DNA of 63,474 nucleotides, the filler included. It is 5 parts of 5 records of this genome, joined end to end, with 100 filler letters (N's around TTAATTAATTAA, not from the genome) between each part and the next. Parts side by side here need not be neighbours in the genome. Positions count along the whole stretch, not along the records: positions 55,349 to 63,474 come from DRR723986_8828; 4 more parts are not named here. One strand, written 5' to 3'. Below, in pieces: positions 59,095 through 63,474 of the stretch (within the stretch, counting starts at the first letter, position 1; each line of letters begins with the position of its first letter). The notes beneath the pieces were generated by a model. The model saw only the letters and a list, made by a program, of their open reading frames with translations. It ran no database searches and was not told the DNA's origin. A program made the position numbers and the translations under genes.

Positions 59095-60207
59095 ATGGAA
59101 ATTGTCTTGATCTCAGACGGCCCGCTTCCACTCGATTCTCCGGTCAGAAAACTTCCGTTCTTCTTTCCCGCGCGCCTGATCGACATGTCCAAGGTGTCTG
59201 CGAAGACGGTCGGCGATGGCCGTGTCGCTGTTGTGGAGTTGCTGGACGCGACTGATGCTGGGCTGACCGCGCTCAAGAAATCCTGGGCCAGCATTGCGGA
59301 AATCCCGGTGATCTGCCTGGTGTCCAAGAAGAACCGGCGTGAAGTGATCCAGGCGGCAGCGCTCGGCAAGACCGACATCATGGAGCGCGACACGCCACTG
59401 GCAATTCTGGTGCGCAAACTCAAGGCAATCATTCCCGACGACCCGCTTGCCAACGTTCCAAAGGGACTTCCGGCGAAGACACTTGAGGCCTACAGGAAAG
59501 GCAATTCCTTCCTGGAAAGCATCGCGCTGTCTGCAACGGAAGGATCCAACATCCAGATCAGCCTGATGAACGAGGGGGCGGCGGAAATCCTGTCGTCGCT
59601 GTCACTTGACGGTCTCTCACCCTGGCTGGAAGCCGTGCAATCTCACCACAGCGGAACCTATTGTCATTCCCTGATGGTGGCCGGTCTCGCCGGGGCTTTT
59701 GCGAAGCATCTCGGCTGGAGCAAGGCGGATTGCCAGGAAGTGATAGCCGGCGGTCTGCTGCATGATATCGGCAAGATGCGCATCCCGCTGACCATCCTGG
59801 ACAAGACCAACAAGCTGACGGACGCCGAGCGCGCCATTATCGACAAACATCCGATGTTCGGTCGCGAGATTCTGAAACCGCGGCTCGAAGTGTCGGTCGA
59901 CATCAAGAAGATGGCCATCCAGCATCACGAGTTTCTGGATGGATCAGGTTATCCCGATGGGCTGAAGGGAGACAGGATCTCGCCAAAAGTCCGCCTGATG
60001 ACCATTTGCGACATATTCACAGCGCTTACCGAGACCCGGTCCTACAAGGACGGCATGCCGGTTCGCGCTGCCATTGGCGTCATGCTGGAGATGGGCAAGA
60101 AACTCGATCAGGTCATGCTGAAGCAATTCGCCCAGATGGTCCTCGATCGGGATTTCGGCGAAGTCAGCCGGCAGCCTCAGAAGGTGAAAGGCACCCCGGC
60201 CTTCTGA
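59095..60207 (+). CDS. HD-GYP c-di-GMP phosphodiesterase with an N-terminal pseudo-receiver domain
   Basis: HS..VA, LHDIGK, HHEFLDGSGYPDGL and CDIF.ALT..R.YK motifs. Confidence 0.85.
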   Translation: MEIVLISDGPLPLDSPVRKLPFFFPARLIDMSKVSAKTVGDGRVAVVELLDATDAGLTALKKSWASIAEIPVICLVSKKNRREVIQAAALGKTDIMERDTPLAILVRKLKAIIPDDPLANVPKGLPAKTLEAYRKGNSFLESIALSATEGSNIQISLMNEGAAEILSSLSLDGLSPWLEAVQSHHSGTYCHSLMVAGLAGAFAKHLGWSKADCQEVIAGGLLHDIGKMRIPLTILDKTNKLTDAERAIIDKHPMFGREILKPRLEVSVDIKKMAIQHHEFLDGSGYPDGLKGDRISPKVRLMTICDIFTALTETRSYKDGMPVRAAIGVMLEMGKKLDQVMLKQFAQMVLDRDFGEVSRQPQKVKGTPAF

Positions 60208-60208
60208 G

Positions 60209-61135
60209 CTAGGGCCATTTTACAACGGGGGGCATGGACGAGAGGATCGAGGCAACGTTGCCGCCGGTCTTCAGTCCGAAAATCGTCCCGCGGTCGTAAA
60301 GCAGATTGTACTCCACGTATCGGCCCCTGCGGACCAGCTGTTCCTCGCGCTCCATGTCGCTCCACGGCTTCTGGAAATTGCGGCGGACGAGTTCCGGATA
60401 GATGTTCAAGAAGGCCAGGCCGACATCCCTGGTGAAGGCAAAATCGTCTTCCCAGGTTCCGCTGTTGAGGTAATCGTAGAAGATGCCGCCGATCCCGCGC
60501 GCTTCGTTGCGATGTTTCAGGAAGAAATAGTCGTCACACCAGGCCTTGTAGGCATCATAGTCGGCAACATCATGTGCGTTGCAGGCAGCGCGCATGGCTT
60601 CGTGAAAGGCAACGGTATCGGGGTCGTCCTGCGTTCGCCGTGCGTCCAGCACCGGCGTCAGATCTGCGCCGCCACCGAACCACTGACGGGTGGTGACCAC
60701 CATGCGGGTGTTCATGTGAACGGCGGGGACATGCGGGTTCTGCGGGTGAGCGATCAGGCTGATGCCGGAGGCCCAGAAGCGCGGGTCCTCGTTGGCACCG
60801 GGGATCTGACCGCGAAACTCGGGCGAGAATTCACCGTGTACGGTGGAAATATGGACGCCGACCTTCTCGAAAACGCGGCCATGCATCATGGACATGACGC
60901 CGCCGCCGCCCTTTGCCCCGGTGCTGTCGGTGCGCTCCCAGGGCGTGCGTTCAAAGCGCCCGGCGGGCTGGTCGGCCAGCGGACCGGCGAGATCGCCGAT
61001 CTCGTCCTCCAGGTCTTCAAAAGCCTTGCAGATACGGTCTCGCAACTCCTTGAACCAGGCCGGTGCGGTTGCCTTCTTGTCCTCGATGCCGTCCGGGATG
61101 GGACCGCCGCGGTTTTCAGGTGTGGGTGCGTTCAT
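60209..61135 (-). CDS. hemF: Oxygen-dependent coproporphyrinogen III oxidase
   Basis: [16 protein letters not shown] and [16 protein letters not shown] motifs. Confidence 0.95.
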   Translation of the reverse strand: MNAPTPENRGGPIPDGIEDKKATAPAWFKELRDRICKAFEDLEDEIGDLAGPLADQPAGRFERTPWERTDSTGAKGGGGVMSMMHGRVFEKVGVHISTVHGEFSPEFRGQIPGANEDPRFWASGISLIAHPQNPHVPAVHMNTRMVVTTRQWFGGGADLTPVLDARRTQDDPDTVAFHEAMRAACNAHDVADYDAYKAWCDDYFFLKHRNEARGIGGIFYDYLNSGTWEDDFAFTRDVGLAFLNIYPELVRRNFQKPWSDMEREEQLVRRGRYVEYNLLYDRGTIFGLKTGGNVASILSSMPPVVKWP

Positions 61136-61189
61136 GTGACTGCCTGGACTGGTTGGAGCCTGCCGGGCCGGCGGGCATGCATGTGATTG

Positions 61190-61672
61190 CTATCTTTGAG
61201 TGTACCCTGGGCATTTAGGAAATGTGCCTGATTGCCGCAAGGCTTCACCCAGCACCATGCCTGTTGAGACGGCGACGTTGAGCGAGCGCATGCCGTCGGC
61301 CATGGGGATCGTCAGCCGGGCATCGGCAAGCGTGTGCACGTCCTCCGGCACGCCCGAACTTTCCCGGCCCATCATCAATATGTCGTCTGGCTGAAACGCG
61401 AAATCCGCGTAGGGCACTTCCGATTTTGTCGTCAGCAGGATCAGCCTGCGCTTGTTCGAACGTCGCCAGTCATCGAATGCGGCAAACGAGATGTGGCGGA
61501 CCATCGCGGCCCTTTCCAGGTAATCCATGCCGGCCCGTTTGAGAGCGCTGTCGGAGATCGGAAATCCCGCAGGTTCGATCAAGTGCACAGTTACGCCCAT
61601 GCAGGCAGCAAGACGCAGGATCGTGCCGGTATTTTGCGGGATGTCCGGTTGGTAAAGGGCAATGTCTGGCAT
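61190..61672 (-). CDS. trmL: tRNA (cytidine/uridine34-2'-O)-methyltransferase
   Basis: PDIPQNTG, KRAGMDY, GRESSG and RSLNVA motifs. Confidence 0.92.
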   Translation of the reverse strand: MPDIALYQPDIPQNTGTILRLAACMGVTVHLIEPAGFPISDSALKRAGMDYLERAAMVRHISFAAFDDWRRSNKRRLILLTTKSEVPYADFAFQPDDILMMGRESSGVPEDVHTLADARLTIPMADGMRSLNVAVSTGMVLGEALRQSGTFPKCPGYTQR

Positions 61673-61872
61673 GGGTATCCGCACTGGTTTCGGGAGACCG
61701 GCTCAATAGCAGCAGGCATAACATTTGTCACAGGAAGACCGGTTTCAATGCCCGGTACAAGGCCGGGAGCTGCGGGTTTGGGGCAAATCGTTACATATTT
61801 TCATTGGGCCAATTTCGCGCCTGGCGCGTAGGATGACGTGAAGAATCGCTCCAGCCTCCATGGAGACGCCAC

Positions 61873-63474
61873 GTGTCCCCGCTCTTTCGCGCTTTTGAAT
61901 CCTGGATAGATCCTTTCCGGGAGCCGTCCAAATCCGACATGCCCCATGGCGGGTTTGCCTTCCTGATGTATTTCGTCACGCAGGTGCGCTGGCCGTTCAT
62001 CGCCATGCTCGCCATCGGCGGTGCGACCGCCTTTGTTGAAGTGGCGATCTTCAATTTTCTTGGCCGCATCGTGGATCTTCTGGAAGAAGGCAATCGGGCG
62101 ACATTCTTCTCCGATCATTTCTGGACACTCATGACCATGGCCTTCGTGGTGCTGGTCGTGCGCACGCTCACCAATTCGCTGATGGCGCTGGTGGAAGAAC
62201 AGGCGATCGTGCCCGGGTTCTTCAATCTGGTGCGCTGGCAGTGCCATCAGCGGGTGATGAAGCAGAGCCTTTCCTATTTTCAGGACGATCTCGCCGGGCG
62301 CCTCTCGCAGAAGGTGATGCAGTCGGGCATGTCGGCGGGCGATTTCATGACCAACCTTTTGCAGGTGGTCTGGTTCATTGTCGTTTATGCCATCACGACG
62401 CTTGTGCTGGTCGCGGACCTGAACCTTTGGCTGGGTGCACTCGTGGCCATCTGGCTGCTTTGTTTCACCGCAACCGCCATCATTTTCGTACCACGGGTTC
62501 GTGCTGCGGCAAAGGATTCGGCAAATGCCTATTCGGGCGTGACCGGACGTCTGGTGGATACCTACACCAATATCCAGTCGGTCAAGCTGTTCGGATCATC
62601 GGAAGAAGAAAGCCGGGGCGCGCGGGCCTCGGTTGAGACGATGATTGCCAAGATACGGGTCTTCACCAGGCTTTTGACCACAATTCGCATGATTATGACG
62701 CTGATCAACGGAGTGATGATCGTTTCGATTGCGGGCCTGGCACTGTCCATCTGGCAGGACGGCGGCATCAGCGCCGGTCATGTGGCCTTCACGCTCAGCC
62801 TGATCCTGCGGCTGAATATCCTTTTGAACCGGCTGTTCAACCAGCTCAACGGCCTGTTCCGCCACTTCGGATCGCTGCAGGACAGCATGGAGACCATCGT
62901 CAAGCCAGTGACCCTGACAGACAAACCGGTGGCGCCGGAGCTGAAAGTGACTGAGGGGGAAGTGCGGTTCGATAAAATCCGGTTCCACTACGGCAAGGCG
63001 GGCGGTGTCATCGATCATCTCGACCTGACGATCCAGCCGGGTGAGCGCGTCGGTATCGTCGGCCCGTCGGGGGCGGGCAAAACCACGCTGACAAGCCTGC
63101 TGCTTCGGTTCTTCGACGTGGAGGCGGGGCGTGTTCTCATCGACGGACAGGACGTGCGCGATGTGAACCAGGAATCGTTGCGCCGATCGATTGGCATGGT
63201 GACCCAGGATCCGTCCTTGCTGCATCGTTCGATCCGCGAGAACATCCTCTATGGCCGTACGTCGGCCAGTGAAGAAGAGTTGCTGGAGGCGACGCGCAAG
63301 GCCCACGCGTCCGGTTTCATCCAGAGGCTGGAAGACAGGCGCGGCCGCAAGGGGTTCGACGCCTTTGTCGGTGAGCGTGGTGTCAAACTGTCCGGCGGTC
63401 AGCGTCAACGCATTGCAATCGCGCGTGTGCTCCTGAAAGACGCCCCGATCCTCGTTCTGGACGAAGCGACCTCG
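61873..63474 (+). CDS. ABC transporter fused permease/ATPase (3' truncated, absent from the ORF track)
   Basis: GTG start with a GGAG RBS (MSPLFRAFESWIDPF), TM domain, Walker A GPSGAGKT, LSGGQRQR and ILVLDEATS at the window end. Confidence 0.9.
   Translation, partial: MSPLFRAFESWIDPFREPSKSDMPHGGFAFLMYFVTQVRWPFIAMLAIGGATAFVEVAIFNFLGRIVDLLEEGNRATFFSDHFWTLMTMAFVVLVVRTLTNSLMALVEEQAIVPGFFNLVRWQCHQRVMKQSLSYFQDDLAGRLSQKVMQSGMSAGDFMTNLLQVVWFIVVYAITTLVLVADLNLWLGALVAIWLLCFTATAIIFVPRVRAAAKDSANAYSGVTGRLVDTYTNIQSVKLFGSSEEESRGARASVETMIAKIRVFTRLLTTIRMIMTLINGVMIVSIAGLALSIWQDGGISAGHVAFTLSLILRLNILLNRLFNQLNGLFRHFGSLQDSMETIVKPVTLTDKPVAPELKVTEGEVRFDKIRFHYGKAGGVIDHLDLTIQPGERVGIVGPSGAGKTTLTSLLLRFFDVEAGRVLIDGQDVRDVNQESLRRSIGMVTQDPSLLHRSIRENILYGRTSASEEELLEATRKAHASGFIQRLEDRRGRKGFDAFVGERGVKLSGGQRQRIAIARVLLKDAPILVLDEATS

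Overview
This window is not one locus. It is five unrelated assembly fragments joined by 100-bp artificial linkers (N-runs flanking TTAATTAATTAA). Fragment 1 (1-24005) looks betaproteobacterial (Burkholderiales-like): a sigma54/PrpR regulatory region, arfB, rlmF, an AsmA protein, small genes, the mdh-gntR-sdhCDAB-sdhE-gltA-sucAB-lpd TCA cluster, zapE and a partial tex. Fragments 2 (24106-39218) and 5 (55349-63474) look like high-GC alphaproteobacteria (Roseibium/Labrenzia-like by inference). Fragment 2 has an exported rhodanese-YeeE-small Cys-peptide operon, mch, a LuxR-amidase-HD cluster, nudI, an L,D-transpeptidase-family gene, accA, rpmB, yhhQ and a partial cobT. Fragment 5 has a partial moxR, DUF1285, nudL, cca, an HD-GYP gene, hemF, trmL and a partial ABC exporter. 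Fragments 3 (39319-48041) and 4 (48142-55248) look like Rhodobacteraceae. Fragment 3 has the tail end of a gene transfer agent (GTA) cluster, cysE and cysK; fragment 4 has pccB/pccR and neighbours. The best leads are: (i) a ~185-aa LamG/ConA-like domain inserted into the GTA megatron (g15); (ii) the three-gene exported sulfurtransferase/YeeE/small secreted single-Cys peptide system; (iii) an unannotated anti-Shine-Dalgarno sRNA between cysE and cysK; (iv) a divergent sucA leader RNA. No rRNA, tRNA, CRISPR array or transposase was seen. All family assignments come from motif recognition by eye, not from database searches.
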